Numbered from the stretch's first letter, positions 9,829 through 20,692 are shown. The stretch: DNA of 64,000 nt from Candidatus Binatia bacterium (GCA_963664395.2 OY761159.2:1568001-1632000); one strand, 5' to 3'. Numbers and translations are program-made. The notes: generated from the letters alone by a model not told the origin.

Positions 9829-11088
9829 TTAGAGCTTGCCTGCCGCTCGCAGCTCTTTGACCTGCGCCTCTTGTACCAGTGCACCGTCTGCATACAACGC
9901 GGCGACCTGCTCTTCCGAATAGGCCAGCTGCTCCTGCAATACCTCTTCATTATGTTCGCCCAGGAAGGCGGCCCGAAAGGGGATCTCGACGTTCGCATTA
10001 GAAAAATGAAACGGCGATTTGGCAATCGGGGTTGAGCCGAGCAGCGGGTGGGGTACGTCTTGAAACAGTCCGCGGGCTTTCAATTGCGGATGCGCCGCGG
10101 CGCCGGGAATATCCAATATCGGAGCGGATGGCACCCGGGCTTCGGCCAGAATTTTCAGTGGCGTGTCGTCGTCCTCAAACGTCTGGAGCCAGTCTTCAAT
10201 ATATTTACGAACCTCTGTACTCCGCTGTATACGACCCTCCATTGTGGCGTAGCGTTCGTCCGTCGTCAGTTCCGGCTTGCCCATCGCCTGGGTAAGGGCT
10301 GGCCATTGGTGACCGGCGACGGCAAAAACGAGATAGCCTTTTTTTGCCTTGTACACGCCATAGGGACATATATTAAAAAAGTCTCCACCAAAACGATGCG
10401 GCACAATGGAGCCTTGACTCATCATAAAAAGCGGGAAGTTGACGTAGTCCAGGTAGACCAGAGATTCGAGCTGCGACACGTCAATATACTGGCCCACCCC
10501 ACTGGTGGCGCGGTGAAAGAGCGCGGCACAGATTGCGAGGGCACCATGAATACCCGCATTCGGGTCACCAAAATAGTTGCCAACATAGGTCGGTGGCCCA
10601 TCCGGTTCACCCGTCATGGCCATCACCCCACTCTGGGCCTGAGCGATAATGTCAAAGCTGGTATGGCTGGCGTATGGCCCATCCTGCCCATAGCCTGACA
10701 CCGAGCACATGATCAGTTTGGCGTTCAGCTCTTTGAGGGTGTCATAATCCAGTCCGTGCCGGGCCATGACCCCAGGACTGTAATTTTCAACAACAACGTC
10801 AGCCTTGCGCACCAGTTTATGGACGATTTCCTTTCCCTTCGGGTGCTTGATCTCAACACAGAGACTTTTCTTGCCGGCGCAGGCTGCGAGATAGAGCGCA
10901 CTTTGGCCATGCTCAACAAGATGGATCTGACGTCCCAGATCACCGCCGGGCGCGCGTTCAATCTTGATCACATCCGCCCCAAGGTCGGCCAGAATCCGGG
11001 TCGCAGATGGGCCGGCGAGATATTGGGTAAAGTCGAGAACCGTGATGCCGGACAGAAGTTTCTGGGGGCCCTTCGTATTGTCAGCCAT
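9829..11088 (-). CDS. CaiB/BaiF family CoA-transferase (family III)
   Basis: LSGITVLDFTQYLAGPSATRILADLGADVIKIE; DVVVENYSPG. Confidence 0.95.
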   Translation of the reverse strand: MADNTKGPQKLLSGITVLDFTQYLAGPSATRILADLGADVIKIERAPGGDLGRQIHLVEHGQSALYLAACAGKKSLCVEIKHPKGKEIVHKLVRKADVVVENYSPGVMARHGLDYDTLKELNAKLIMCSVSGYGQDGPYASHTSFDIIAQAQSGVMAMTGEPDGPPTYVGNYFGDPNAGIHGALAICAALFHRATSGVGQYIDVSQLESLVYLDYVNFPLFMMSQGSIVPHRFGGDFFNICPYGVYKAKKGYLVFAVAGHQWPALTQAMGKPELTTDERYATMEGRIQRSTEVRKYIEDWLQTFEDDDTPLKILAEARVPSAPILDIPGAAAHPQLKARGLFQDVPHPLLGSTPIAKSPFHFSNANVEIPFRAAFLGEHNEEVLQEQLAYSEEQVAALYADGALVQEAQVKELRAAGKL

Positions 11089-11280
11089 TTCTCCTCCTCA
11101 GAGTAGTCGTAATGAGATGAAGCCTGTTGAATTGTGGCTGATCAATCCATAATTGACAATGAGGCCGCAGGCATTGTCAACTTGACTCTCGTTGCCAGTC
11201 CCCTACGATAATGAGAGGCGATTGAGGGCACCGGGCCAGACACGTAGCAGAAATACATAGCGCAGCAGAAAGGATACAGC

Positions 11281-12255
11281 ATGTTGATCAAAACCCCACG
11301 CGGCTGGGAAATTCCTGAGCGCACGGCAACCCCGGAAGACGTTTTCCTGAACCGGCGCACCTTTCTGCAAACGCTCGGGATCGCCGGTATCAGCACGCTG
11401 GGTGTGTTCGCCGGGTGTGAAAGCTTGGGCGCAAAAGAAGCCCCGCTGATTCGCGGCCTCCCCGAACCAAGTGCCAGCGCCGGCCTCTACCCGGCGCAGC
11501 GCAACGAACAGTTTACCCTGGACCGAGCGTTGACGTCCGAAGTGGACGCGGCCAATTACAATAATTTCTACGAGTTCAGCGCGCGTAAAGAGATGGTCGT
11601 GCGCCTGGTCGAGGGCTGGCAGACCCGCCCCTGGCAGGTTGAGGTGGCCGGTCTGGTGCATAAGCCACAGACCTTCGATATTGACGACCTGGTGCGGAAG
11701 ATGCCGCTTGAAGAGCGCCTGTACCGCCACCGCTGCGTGGAAGCCTGGTCCATGGCCGTGCCCTGGACCGGCTTTCCCATCAAGGCGCTGGTTGATCTCG
11801 TCCAGCCGCTCGCGTCGGCCAGGTATCTGCGCATGATCACCTTTCACGACCCGCAAGCGGCACCCGGCCTGCGCAACGACACCTATCCGTGGCCGTATCA
11901 CGAAGGGCTCAGCATGGCCGAGGCTACTAATGATTTGGCCCTGTTCGTAACCGGCATCTACGGCCATGAGCTGACCAAACAGCACGGAGCACCGATTCGG
12001 CTCGTGGTGCCGTGGAAGTATGGCTATAAGAGCATCAAGTCGATTGTGCGTCTGGAGTTTGTCGCAGAACAGCCCAAGACTTTCTGGAATACCCTCATCC
12101 CCTGGGAGTACTACTTTGTTGCCAACGTGAATCCCGCCATCCCGCATCCCCGTTGGTCCCAAGCGAGGGAGCGCATCCTGGGGACGAGAGAAGTCAAGGC
12201 AACCCTCCCCTACAACGGGTATGGGGAGTTTGTGACGTCTCTGTATCAGACCTGA
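11281..12255 (+). CDS. msrP: Protein-methionine-sulfoxide reductase catalytic subunit MsrP (YedY)
   Basis: Tat motif RRTFL; YNNFYEF; RHRCVEAWSM; GAPIRLVVPWKYGYKSIKSIV; HPRWSQ. Confidence 0.95.
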   Translation: MLIKTPRGWEIPERTATPEDVFLNRRTFLQTLGIAGISTLGVFAGCESLGAKEAPLIRGLPEPSASAGLYPAQRNEQFTLDRALTSEVDAANYNNFYEFSARKEMVVRLVEGWQTRPWQVEVAGLVHKPQTFDIDDLVRKMPLEERLYRHRCVEAWSMAVPWTGFPIKALVDLVQPLASARYLRMITFHDPQAAPGLRNDTYPWPYHEGLSMAEATNDLALFVTGIYGHELTKQHGAPIRLVVPWKYGYKSIKSIVRLEFVAEQPKTFWNTLIPWEYYFVANVNPAIPHPRWSQARERILGTREVKATLPYNGYGEFVTSLYQT

Positions 12256-12269
12256 AAACAAGCTTCTGA

Positions 12270-12357
12270 TCCTTCGACTTCGCCCCTCCGGGCTACGCTC
12301 AGGATGCGCGGATTCTCCCTCCGTCGGTCCTGAGCGTAGCGCAGCAGAGTCGAAGGA
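12270..12357. repeat. Intergenic palindromic (REP-like) element
   Basis: Arms tccttcgact...gctacgctcagga / tcctgagcgtagc...agtcgaagga form a long stem-loop. Confidence 0.75.
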
Positions 12358-12400
12358 GGACTTTTCCTCTCGGAGAGGGCTGGATAGAGCAAAACCTCCC

Positions 12401-13447
12401 ATGTATACCCGTATCCTCTCCAGCGCTGTTTTGCTTTTCTTTTCCCTCTCCTGTTCGGTTCCCCCCGACCGCACGCCCGAGCTGAACCCCGACCCGTCGT
12501 TGCTGTATGCGGCCCACGGCCAGCCTGGGGCCTGGTTCAACCCCTGGCGACCCTCAAACAAGCGCTGGACCGATCTGTTTCGCTGGGCGGTCTCGCGCAG
12601 CGCCTATAGCGGCGAGTGGCGCGACCCGCCGCTCGTTCGGCGGGTGGACAACGACGGCCGCTCGTTTGCCTCCCCCGAAAACTCGGCCGCCATCACCTGG
12701 GTGGGCCACTCGACTTTTGCTGTCCATGACGCCGGGGATGTCTTTCTGACCGACCCCCACTTCGGAAAGCGGGCGCTTATCCCAAAGCGTTACCATCCAC
12801 CCGGCGTGCCAATAACTTCGATTCCGGGGAACGCCTTTGCTGTGGTTTCTCATAATCATTACGACCATCTTGATGCGTATACGGTTGAGAACTTGCCCCA
12901 GACCCTTACCTGGTTTGTCCCTATGGGACTCGGCGAGTGGATCGAAAAGAAGGGGAGAAAGGCGGTCGAACTCGACTGGTGGCAAACCGCCAAGCACGGG
13001 CGCTGGCAGGTCACCTGCGTTCCGGTGCAACACTGGTCGCAACGCATCGAGCAATCACGAGACTCCACCCTGTGGTGTGGCTGGATCGTTGCCAATGCCG
13101 AACGGACCTATTTTTTCGCCGGTGACACCGGCTATTTTCACGGCTTTACCGAGATCGGAAAAAAATTCGGTCCGATCGATGTTGCCATGCTGCCCATTGG
13201 AGCCTATGCGCCCCGCTGGATCATGCACTATTCCCACCTGAACCCAGCCGAAGCCTATCATGCCTTTCTGGACCTCAAGGCGCGCTGGATGCTGCCCTGC
13301 CACTGGGGCACATTTCGCCTCACCGACGAGCCGTTAGACGAACCACCGCGAGAACTCCGGCGGGTCGTTGAGCAAGCCGGCGGGACGCTTGATCCAATTA
13401 AAATTTTCGCCGTTGGCGAGCGGTGGGAGATTCCGCAAGGACACTAA
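12401..13447 (+). CDS. MBL-fold metallo-hydrolase (NAPE-PLD/RomA-like), probable lipoprotein
   Basis: SHNHYDHLD, FFAGDTGY, LPIGAYAPRW, HWGTFRL; lipobox-like LSC. Confidence 0.9.
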   Translation: MYTRILSSAVLLFFSLSCSVPPDRTPELNPDPSLLYAAHGQPGAWFNPWRPSNKRWTDLFRWAVSRSAYSGEWRDPPLVRRVDNDGRSFASPENSAAITWVGHSTFAVHDAGDVFLTDPHFGKRALIPKRYHPPGVPITSIPGNAFAVVSHNHYDHLDAYTVENLPQTLTWFVPMGLGEWIEKKGRKAVELDWWQTAKHGRWQVTCVPVQHWSQRIEQSRDSTLWCGWIVANAERTYFFAGDTGYFHGFTEIGKKFGPIDVAMLPIGAYAPRWIMHYSHLNPAEAYHAFLDLKARWMLPCHWGTFRLTDEPLDEPPRELRRVVEQAGGTLDPIKIFAVGERWEIPQGH

Positions 13448-13526
13448 GAAGCGGAGGGGCACGGCTGCCGAAGGGGGGCGAGGAACCCACCCCTCCAAGG
13501 AGGGGATATCTCCAAACCCCTCTCTA

Positions 13527-14471
13527 TTACTGCGTAAACGTTTCGATCGCCTTCCGGACGGCCTGCGCGTAGGTCTGGTCTCCGACCGGCACTGGATTGA
13601 GGATCGGCAGGTGGATACCGGCTTCGCGGAAGGCGGCGAGCTGTTCCTGGCAACGCGAGGGCGGGCCTATCACTGACAGTTCGTCCGCCATCGAGTCTGT
13701 CACGCCGTGCCCCTGACCGTCCACGAGTTGTGCCGCTTCCCCTTCAAACCCGCTGTCGTGAAACAGCTTGTTATAGAAGGGCAGGCCACCATAAAATCCT
13801 AAGTTGGCTTTGGCCGCCTGCATGGCCATGTCCATATCGTCATGAATGCAGGCCGGAATACCCGTGGTAATATCAATGTCCGCAAGCGGCCGGCCGGCTT
13901 TGGCCGCCCCTTTCTCGACCGCAGCCAACGCCCTGGGCAGCCGACTCTTGGGACACAGATACAGCATGACGCCATCCGCCAGCTCGCCGCTGAGGCTGGC
14001 CGTGCCCAAGGCCAGGGCCGCGATATAGATGGGAATGTGATGTGTTGCTGCGCGCGGTTGCATGGCCATGCCGGGCAGCTCTTTACCTGCGGCCATATCG
14101 CGTATCGCGCCAATATACTGGCGCATGAAGGTGCGTGGTTTGTCCATTTTTTCCTGGTACAACCCTTCAACAATGGGGCGGTGACTCACCCCGAGACCCA
14201 AAATCAGCCGGCCGTGCGAGGTATCGTCAATCGCAATTGCCGTTTGCGCACACAGCGCTGCGTGTCGCAGGTAGATGTTCGCAATCCAGCTGCCGACCTT
14301 AATCCGTGAGGTGGCCTGGGCCATGATCTGGCAGTTGAGCAGAGAGTCGTTCATGAATTCCGGTGAAAAAATAGCCTCAAACCCAGCCGACTCCGCACTC
14401 TTGGCCAAGTCCTGTAACTCGGTGAACGTCAGTCCCGACATATTGGCAGCAACCACTCCGATACGGGCCAT
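13527..14471 (-). CDS. LLM-class flavin/F420-dependent oxidoreductase
   Basis: AQATSRIKVG, SHGRLILGLG, IPIYIAAL, GELADG motifs. Confidence 0.9.
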   Translation of the reverse strand: MARIGVVAANMSGLTFTELQDLAKSAESAGFEAIFSPEFMNDSLLNCQIMAQATSRIKVGSWIANIYLRHAALCAQTAIAIDDTSHGRLILGLGVSHRPIVEGLYQEKMDKPRTFMRQYIGAIRDMAAGKELPGMAMQPRAATHHIPIYIAALALGTASLSGELADGVMLYLCPKSRLPRALAAVEKGAAKAGRPLADIDITTGIPACIHDDMDMAMQAAKANLGFYGGLPFYNKLFHDSGFEGEAAQLVDGQGHGVTDSMADELSVIGPPSRCQEQLAAFREAGIHLPILNPVPVGDQTYAQAVRKAIETFTQ

Positions 14472-14602
14472 AGCAATACCTCCTTTTTCTGGTCATGCAG
14501 TATTTCAATGCGGAGGGTAGCGTATCACCTCTCCACGGTCAGACAAGAGAACTGAGAGGACCTGTTTATTGCTTTATGCTGCCCTTTCCGTTAGCACAAA
14601 GC

Positions 14603-16126
14603 ATGCTTTCTACAGCGATTTCCGGGGCATTGGTTGGCATTGATGGGTTGTTGGTTGAGGTCGAGGTTGATGTGGCGCTGGGTTTACCCCAGTTTACAAC
14701 TGTCGGCCTGCCTGAGGGAGCCGTCCGGGAGAGCAAAGACCGGGTACGCTCTGCCATAAAGAATTCCGGCTACGAATTTCCTGCGCGACGCATTACCGTC
14801 AATCTCGCTCCCGCGGACGTCAAGAAAGAAGGGTCAGCCTACGACCTCCCGATTGCCCTTGGTATTCTTGCGGCTGAGGGCTGGCTCACCAAGGAGCAAC
14901 TCGAATCCCACGCAATTTTAGGCGAACTCTCACTCGACGGCCGAGTCAAGCCTGTCCATGGAGCTTTACCCTTAGCCGTCATGGCAAAGGAAAAAGGGCT
15001 CAAGGGATTGATTGTACCCACAGAAAACGCGGCCGAGGCCGCCGTTGTTGACGGGGTTGCGGTCTTCGGCGTGTCCACCTTGAGTGAGGCGTTTCTGCTC
15101 CTCAACGGCGAGCGGCCCCTCGACTCGACCGTTGTTGACGTCAACGCCCTCTTTACCCAGCACTCCAAGTACGAGGTTGATTTTAACGATGTGAAAGGCC
15201 AAGAGCACGTCAAACGCGCCCTCGAAGTCGCGGCCAGCGGAGGGCATAACCTGCTCTTAGTTGGTCCACCGGGGTCCGGAAAGACCATGCTGGCCAGACG
15301 CCTGCCGGCGGTTCTGCCCACGATGACCCTCACCGAAGCGATTGAAACGACCAAGGTCCACAGCGTTGCCGGCACCCTCAATGGCAGTGCCCTGGTTGCG
15401 ACTCGGCCATTCCGCACCCCGCATCACACCATCTCCGATGCCGGCATGATCGGCGGCGGCAGTGTCCCCAAACCGGGCGAGGTCTCCCTGGCTCATCATG
15501 GCGTGCTCTTTCTGGATGAACTGCCGGAGTTCCGCAAGAACGTCCTCGAAGTCCTCCGCCAGCCCCTGGAGGATGCAAGCGTCACGATTTCACGCGCGAT
15601 GGGGTCAATTACATATCCGGCTGACATCATGCTCGTTGCGGCGATGAATCCGTGCAGTTGCGGGTTTTTCGGGGACCCGCAGCACGAGTGCACCTGCTCT
15701 CCTCAACAAGTCCAACGCTATCGAGCCAAGATTTCCGGCCCCTTGTTGGATCGCATCGATATTCAAGTCGAAGTCCCGGCGGTCAAGTATAAAGAACTGA
15801 GTGACAAAACAACGGGTGAGGATTCGGCGACCATTCGGACACGAGTGAACCAGGCCCGTGAGATTCAGCTCAAACGCTTCTCACAGCGCAATATCTTCTG
15901 TAATGCCCAAATGTCCAGCCGGGATATCCGCACGCATTGTCAGCTCGACGCAGCCGGTGAAAAGCTCCTGGAAAACGCCATGCAACGCCTGGGTCTGAGC
16001 GCCCGCGCCTATACCCGCATTCTCAAAGTCGCCCGCACCATAGCCGACCTCGCCGGCGAGGGGCACATCACCAGTGCCCATATTGCGCAGGCGATCCAGT
16101 ACCGGGCCTTGGACCGGGGTGAGTGA
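14603..16126 (+). CDS. comM: YifB/ComM Mg-chelatase-like AAA+ ATPase
   Basis: [58 protein letters not shown]; start moved to ATG 14603. Confidence 0.95.
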   Translation: MLSTAISGALVGIDGLLVEVEVDVALGLPQFTTVGLPEGAVRESKDRVRSAIKNSGYEFPARRITVNLAPADVKKEGSAYDLPIALGILAAEGWLTKEQLESHAILGELSLDGRVKPVHGALPLAVMAKEKGLKGLIVPTENAAEAAVVDGVAVFGVSTLSEAFLLLNGERPLDSTVVDVNALFTQHSKYEVDFNDVKGQEHVKRALEVAASGGHNLLLVGPPGSGKTMLARRLPAVLPTMTLTEAIETTKVHSVAGTLNGSALVATRPFRTPHHTISDAGMIGGGSVPKPGEVSLAHHGVLFLDELPEFRKNVLEVLRQPLEDASVTISRAMGSITYPADIMLVAAMNPCSCGFFGDPQHECTCSPQQVQRYRAKISGPLLDRIDIQVEVPAVKYKELSDKTTGEDSATIRTRVNQAREIQLKRFSQRNIFCNAQMSSRDIRTHCQLDAAGEKLLENAMQRLGLSARAYTRILKVARTIADLAGEGHITSAHIAQAIQYRALDRGE

Positions 16127-16224
16127 GGAAATTCGCTCCCACTATCGGGTGACCGGTGTGGTCGCCAAGAAAGAGTACGGCTTTCCACTCCTACACGCTT
16201 GGTCGCCAAAACTCATAACCCTTG

Positions 16225-16953
16225 TTAATCGTCTTCGGCTTCTCGCACCTTCGACAGGGCGCTGGCAATGAGGCCGGCAGGGGCGGCAACCACGCCCAAC
16301 CCGATCAAGAGGATGATAAAGGTGAAAATCCTTCCACCGAGAGAGATTGGGTACACGTCCCCATAGCCGACCGTTGTCAGTGTCACTACTGCCCACCACA
16401 GGGAATGAAAAATAGAACTGAACGCTTCTGGCTGAATGGGATGCTCGAAGTAGTATATTCCTGCTGCCGCTATGAATAGCAGAATGAGTGTCGTGAAGAA
16501 GAACAGAGTAAATTCTTCTTTGGATTCAGATAGTGCGTTCAGCAATCTGTCCGACGCTCTGTTATAGCGAAAAATCTTTAGTAACCGAAAAATTCGGAGC
16601 AGTCGGAGCGCTCTGAAGGCGCGCAGCACCGCTATCTCAGACCCTAAGAAGAGATCAAGGTAGAAAGGGAGGATCGCTACGAAATCAATTATTCCATAAA
16701 AGTTGAAAGAGTAGTCTCTTTTTCGCTCCGCCAGATAGAACCTTAGAATATATTCAAGAGTAAAAAGCGCCGTAATCACTATTTCAGAAATCCGGAGAAA
16801 CTTTCTCGCGTCTTTGCTTAGGGCGGGTTCTGTTTCATAGACGAGTGTGGCTATTGCGTAGAAGATCAGAACAATTATCGCCCAATCAAAGGCTTTCCCC
16901 TCCCATGTATCAGTACCATTAACGATGGTTCTCAGTCGGACTTTGACACTCAT
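16225..16953 (-). CDS. Voltage-gated potassium channel / ion transporter
   Basis: S4 helix LRAFRALRLLRIFRLLK; filter TTVGYGD. Confidence 0.92.
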   Translation of the reverse strand: MSVKVRLRTIVNGTDTWEGKAFDWAIIVLIFYAIATLVYETEPALSKDARKFLRISEIVITALFTLEYILRFYLAERKRDYSFNFYGIIDFVAILPFYLDLFLGSEIAVLRAFRALRLLRIFRLLKIFRYNRASDRLLNALSESKEEFTLFFFTTLILLFIAAAGIYYFEHPIQPEAFSSIFHSLWWAVVTLTTVGYGDVYPISLGGRIFTFIILLIGLGVVAAPAGLIASALSKVREAEDD

Positions 16954-17094
16954 GTGCTACCTTTATTCCAAGCCGAGCCGTAGGTCAGGTTAGCATAGCG
17001 TAAGCTGACCTCCGAGTGAGCAACGGAAAAGCCCGCAGCTTGACAGGCCCAAGAAAAGCGGGCTATGGCTGTCTTCGTTAAGGAGGGAGAGTCT

Positions 17095-17898
17095 ATGCCG
17101 TACGTCGAAAGGGAAAAGGGAGTTCGGATTCATTACAATCACTATGGACAGGGGTTTCCCCTGGTCTTTTTACACGGTTTTTCTGCCAACGCCTGGCTGT
17201 GGGCGTATCAGGCGCCGGTCCTGGCCCACAAATACCACTGCATTGTCATTGAGGCGCGCGGACACGGGCTGTCCTCCAAGCCGCTCACGGGCTATTCCAT
17301 TCAGGACATGGCGGCCGACGATGCCGCCGCCCTGGCGGCGCTGGGCATCGACCGCGCCATTCTGGTCGGCAACTCGATGGGCGGGATGCGGGCCATGCAG
17401 ATGAGCCTCGACTATCCGCACCTGGTCGCCGGGAATGTCATCATCAGCAGTGCGACCAATCTGCACCAGACCCTGGATACCGCCGAACTGATTGCCAGCT
17501 TCCAGAACGATTACGAGGCCGCCGCGGAAAACTTGGTCGCCCGCTGCTTCTCGACCAAGACGCGGACCGAGCGGCCCGAGGTGTGCCAGATGATTAAGAA
17601 CAACTTCCTGAACGAGGGCGGCTTCCCGCGCCGGGTGGCCCTGGCCTGTCTGGAAGACCCCAGCGGTGTGTGGCAGTGGGATATCTCAGACCGCTTACAA
17701 GAGATTACCCAGCCCACGCTGGTCCTGGTCGGGGAAGAAGATCAGGCGACCCCAGTCGCGGCCAACCGCTTTCTGGCCGAGCGGATTCCTGGGGCCGAAC
17801 TCCGGGTGATCAAAGATGTGGGGCACTGCTACGAGATCGAACGGCCGCTCGAATTTAACCAGGTGCTGGAGGAATTTGTCGCTCGGCACGGACGCTGA
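17095..17898 (+). CDS. Alpha/beta fold hydrolase
   Basis: VFLHGF, RGHGLS, nucleophile GNSMGG, catalytic His in VGHCY. Confidence 0.92.
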   Translation: MPYVEREKGVRIHYNHYGQGFPLVFLHGFSANAWLWAYQAPVLAHKYHCIVIEARGHGLSSKPLTGYSIQDMAADDAAALAALGIDRAILVGNSMGGMRAMQMSLDYPHLVAGNVIISSATNLHQTLDTAELIASFQNDYEAAAENLVARCFSTKTRTERPEVCQMIKNNFLNEGGFPRRVALACLEDPSGVWQWDISDRLQEITQPTLVLVGEEDQATPVAANRFLAERIPGAELRVIKDVGHCYEIERPLEFNQVLEEFVARHGR

Positions 17899-17933
17899 GC
17901 CCAACGGGTCGGCGGCAGAGCAAGATACCCAAT

Positions 17934-18341
17934 ATGGCGCTCACACCCGACGACAATTATGGACGCGACGCCTGGGAGTTTTCCTGGCGGGTGCTGGGTC
18001 TGGATACCCTGTCCCAGACCGTTCGCTTTCCCAATACTCGGCTCACAATCATGTTGCGGAATAGTCAGACCGGTCAGTTCCAAGAGCGACGGACGGCTGA
18101 GCTAAAACTTATGGGAGACTCCTATCGATATTACACAGCCACTGACGGGGTAGCGTGTTATGTTGTGGAGGCCCAAGCCCAGGTGTCCTCCCCCGCTCTC
18201 TTTTTTTTACGGCCAGCCTTAGAGGAAGAGAAATTTCCCGCTGAGCGTCCGCTGCGGATTCCTCCCGAGGTTGCCGCCCGCGTCCGCGCGCAAGAGGCCG
18301 CGGGACGGCTGGTGTTTGAGATGAGTGGGGAACGGCGCTGA
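17934..18341 (+). CDS. Hypothetical protein
   Basis: 135-aa ORF filling the gap between hydrolase and amidase; no motif recognised. Confidence 0.55.
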   Translation: MALTPDDNYGRDAWEFSWRVLGLDTLSQTVRFPNTRLTIMLRNSQTGQFQERRTAELKLMGDSYRYYTATDGVACYVVEAQAQVSSPALFFLRPALEEEKFPAERPLRIPPEVAARVRAQEAAGRLVFEMSGERR

Positions 18342-18393
18342 GGCGATGGCGGCTTCCGTGACGATTCGGACACACAGAGTCAAACGTCCGGCG

Positions 18394-19767
18394 CTACACA
18401 GACGGGCGTTGCCAGCCGCCAAGATTCGTCTCCAGATACTGGGCGACGGCTAACGCGACATCTTCACGCCAGGGGCGGGCGACGATTTGGACACCAATCG
18501 GTAACCCTTCAGTAGACGTCCCACAGCGCACAACCGCGCCTGGCCAGCCGGTCAGATTGTGGGCGAAAGTATACGTAAAGTCCGGGCCGTCTGGGTCATC
18601 ATGGCGCGTGGCGGGTGTTGCGCTGACAGGACACAGCACCACATCGTAAGGCTCCATAAACGCCAGCATTTCACTCCGGTAGACGTTCCATCGGCTCAGT
18701 TCCTGGGTGAACTCCGTGAGCGATATAGGCTGAGCCTCCTGCATCCACTCCAAGGCGGAGGACAGACGCTCAGTCCCGGCTGCGTGGATGAGCCGCCGTA
18801 TCCAGGCCCCTCCATCGGCAAGATAGAGGCTGCGCCACAGCCGCTCGGCGTCGCTCACACCCTGCGGCCGATCTTCTGTGACCGAGACCCCATGGTCGGC
18901 AAGGACGCTGACCGCGGTACGGACGGTGCTGGTTGTGTCCGGGCTCGGGGATTTGATCCCGTTGTCGGTGTAGAATGCGACCCGTAGATTTCTCACACTC
19001 ACGTCCTGGGGGTCTCCCAGGGGAGCCGGCACGACCGCCGGGTCGTGTCCGTCCGGGCCGGCAATAATGGACAAGGTCAGACTCAGGTCTTCGACCTGGC
19101 GCGCCATGGGGCCAATTTGGGTAAAGGCATCCAGGGCGCCGACCTCAAAGGAAATGGCGTGCCCGGTGCGGGGCACCCGGCCCGAGGTGGGTTTGATACC
19201 GGCAATACCGCAGTAGTGGGACGGCATACGAATGCTGCCGCCCGTGTCGCTCCCCAGATCGAGCGCCGAGCCGCCCGCTGCAAGAATCGCCCCGGCGCCC
19301 CCACTGCTCCCTGCGGGCGACCGCTCCACATCATACGGATTATTTGTCCGGCCATAGACGTCGTTGTTGGTAATCCCCGCCAGGGTGAACTCCGGCGTAT
19401 TTGTTTTACCCAGGATGATGGCTCCCGCGGCACGCAGACGCGCCACCACTGTGGCATCCCGCTTGGGGGTAAAGTCAGCGCGTCCCATCGTCCCCCAGGT
19501 ACTGACCATGTCGGCTGTGTCTAACGAATCCTTGAGCGTGATGGGGACACCGTGCAGCCGGCCAACGCTAGCTCCGCGTGAGACGGCTTCGTCAGCCGCA
19601 CGAGCCTGTTGTCGCGCCGCATCAGCCCGAAGCTGTACGACGGCGTTGAGCTTTGGATTGACTGCTTCGAGGCGGGACAGGTGGGCATCCACCACGGCAA
19701 CCGAAGAGACGAGCTTCGTCCGAATAAATCGAGCCAGCGTCGTAGCCGACAATGAGGTCAGTTCCAT
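18394..19767 (-). CDS. Amidase signature family protein
   Basis: GVPITLKD, GKTNTPE, GSSGGAGA, GSDTGGSIRMPS. Confidence 0.95.
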   Translation of the reverse strand: MELTSLSATTLARFIRTKLVSSVAVVDAHLSRLEAVNPKLNAVVQLRADAARQQARAADEAVSRGASVGRLHGVPITLKDSLDTADMVSTWGTMGRADFTPKRDATVVARLRAAGAIILGKTNTPEFTLAGITNNDVYGRTNNPYDVERSPAGSSGGAGAILAAGGSALDLGSDTGGSIRMPSHYCGIAGIKPTSGRVPRTGHAISFEVGALDAFTQIGPMARQVEDLSLTLSIIAGPDGHDPAVVPAPLGDPQDVSVRNLRVAFYTDNGIKSPSPDTTSTVRTAVSVLADHGVSVTEDRPQGVSDAERLWRSLYLADGGAWIRRLIHAAGTERLSSALEWMQEAQPISLTEFTQELSRWNVYRSEMLAFMEPYDVVLCPVSATPATRHDDPDGPDFTYTFAHNLTGWPGAVVRCGTSTEGLPIGVQIVARPWREDVALAVAQYLETNLGGWQRPSV

Positions 19768-19933
19768 GGCGGTCTCCCTCCGTTATAGTCCATACACGTG
19801 GCGGCCTCTCGTTCGTGGGGTAGTGTACGAGAAGTGATTTCTGCTGTCGATGGTGTTATCAGGGTATGGGAGACGAGGAAGGACGGAGGAGAGTCTACCG
19901 GAGCGCAGAGAGTCCCTGCGAAGCGAGGAAAAA

Positions 19934-20128
19934 ATGAGCAATCGTGACCGTGAGATTCGGGACATGCTGGACCGGGCGTGGCGGCAAGAAGAACAAAAGC
20001 AGCGTGTCTTTCTGACTCTCTCAGAAAACGATATGCGCCTGCTTGAGGACTACTATGCGGCCGGCCTGCCGTATGGCAATACCCCAGAAGGCTTTAATCA
20101 GTGGTTGGAAGAGCTAGACTCCGTGTAG
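19934..20128 (+). CDS. Small hypothetical protein
   Basis: GAGG RBS before ATG 19934; 64 aa MSNRDREIRDMLDRAW... Confidence 0.5.
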   Translation: MSNRDREIRDMLDRAWRQEEQKQRVFLTLSENDMRLLEDYYAAGLPYGNTPEGFNQWLEELDSV

Positions 20129-20144
20129 CGCTTGCAAGCGTTTG

Positions 20145-20172
20145 AAAAAATGGGGGCTCCACAGGAGCCCCC
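20145..20172 (-). terminator. Rho-independent terminator of hsp20
   Basis: gggggctcc-aca-ggagccccc stem followed by a T6 tract on the minus strand. Confidence 0.8.
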
Positions 20173-20200
20173 GTTGCGGGGAGAGAAAGGAAAGAGGTAA

Positions 20201-20692
20201 TCAGGCTGAGGCTACATCTGTCGCAACTTCAGTTTTCACCTCAACCGTAATACGTTTCGGCTTGACCTCTGCCGGGAATGGCACCACGACTTCGAGCGTG
20301 CCGTTCTTTGCACTCGCTTCGATCTTCTCCGCATCTATGCCCTTGGGCAGAATAAACGACCGGGCAAACGAGCCGTACGAACGCTCTTTGTGGAAGTATC
20401 CACCGTCCTTCCCTGCGTGCTCTGCCTTACGTTCTCCCTTGACCGTCAGGCGGTTGCCGTCGAGTGCAATCTCAACATCCTTGGGATCCACTCCGGGCAA
20501 ATCCGCTTTGATATGCAGCGTGTTGTCGTCCATATAACTGTCAATCCTGAACGACGCTTCCGAAGGCACTCCCGGCCGCACTGCGGGCCCACTGCGGGAA
20601 AAGAAAAGATCGTTCATAACAGACTCCAGGTCATTTCTCCATGGATTCATCGCTCCAAACGGTGCGCGCCTTACACTCAGTTCTCGTCTCAT
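20201..20692 (-). CDS. Hsp20/alpha-crystallin small heat-shock protein
   Basis: ADLPGV, ERSYGSFARSFILP, ASAKNGTLEV; GAGGAGG RBS before ATG 20692. Confidence 0.95.
   Translation of the reverse strand: MRRELSVRRAPFGAMNPWRNDLESVMNDLFFSRSGPAVRPGVPSEASFRIDSYMDDNTLHIKADLPGVDPKDVEIALDGNRLTVKGERKAEHAGKDGGYFHKERSYGSFARSFILPKGIDAEKIEASAKNGTLEVVVPFPAEVKPKRITVEVKTEVATDVASA

Noticed and set aside
11203-12561. 452-aa minus-strand ORF
   Set aside because: Antisense shadow of msrP running through a REP-like element; no motifs.
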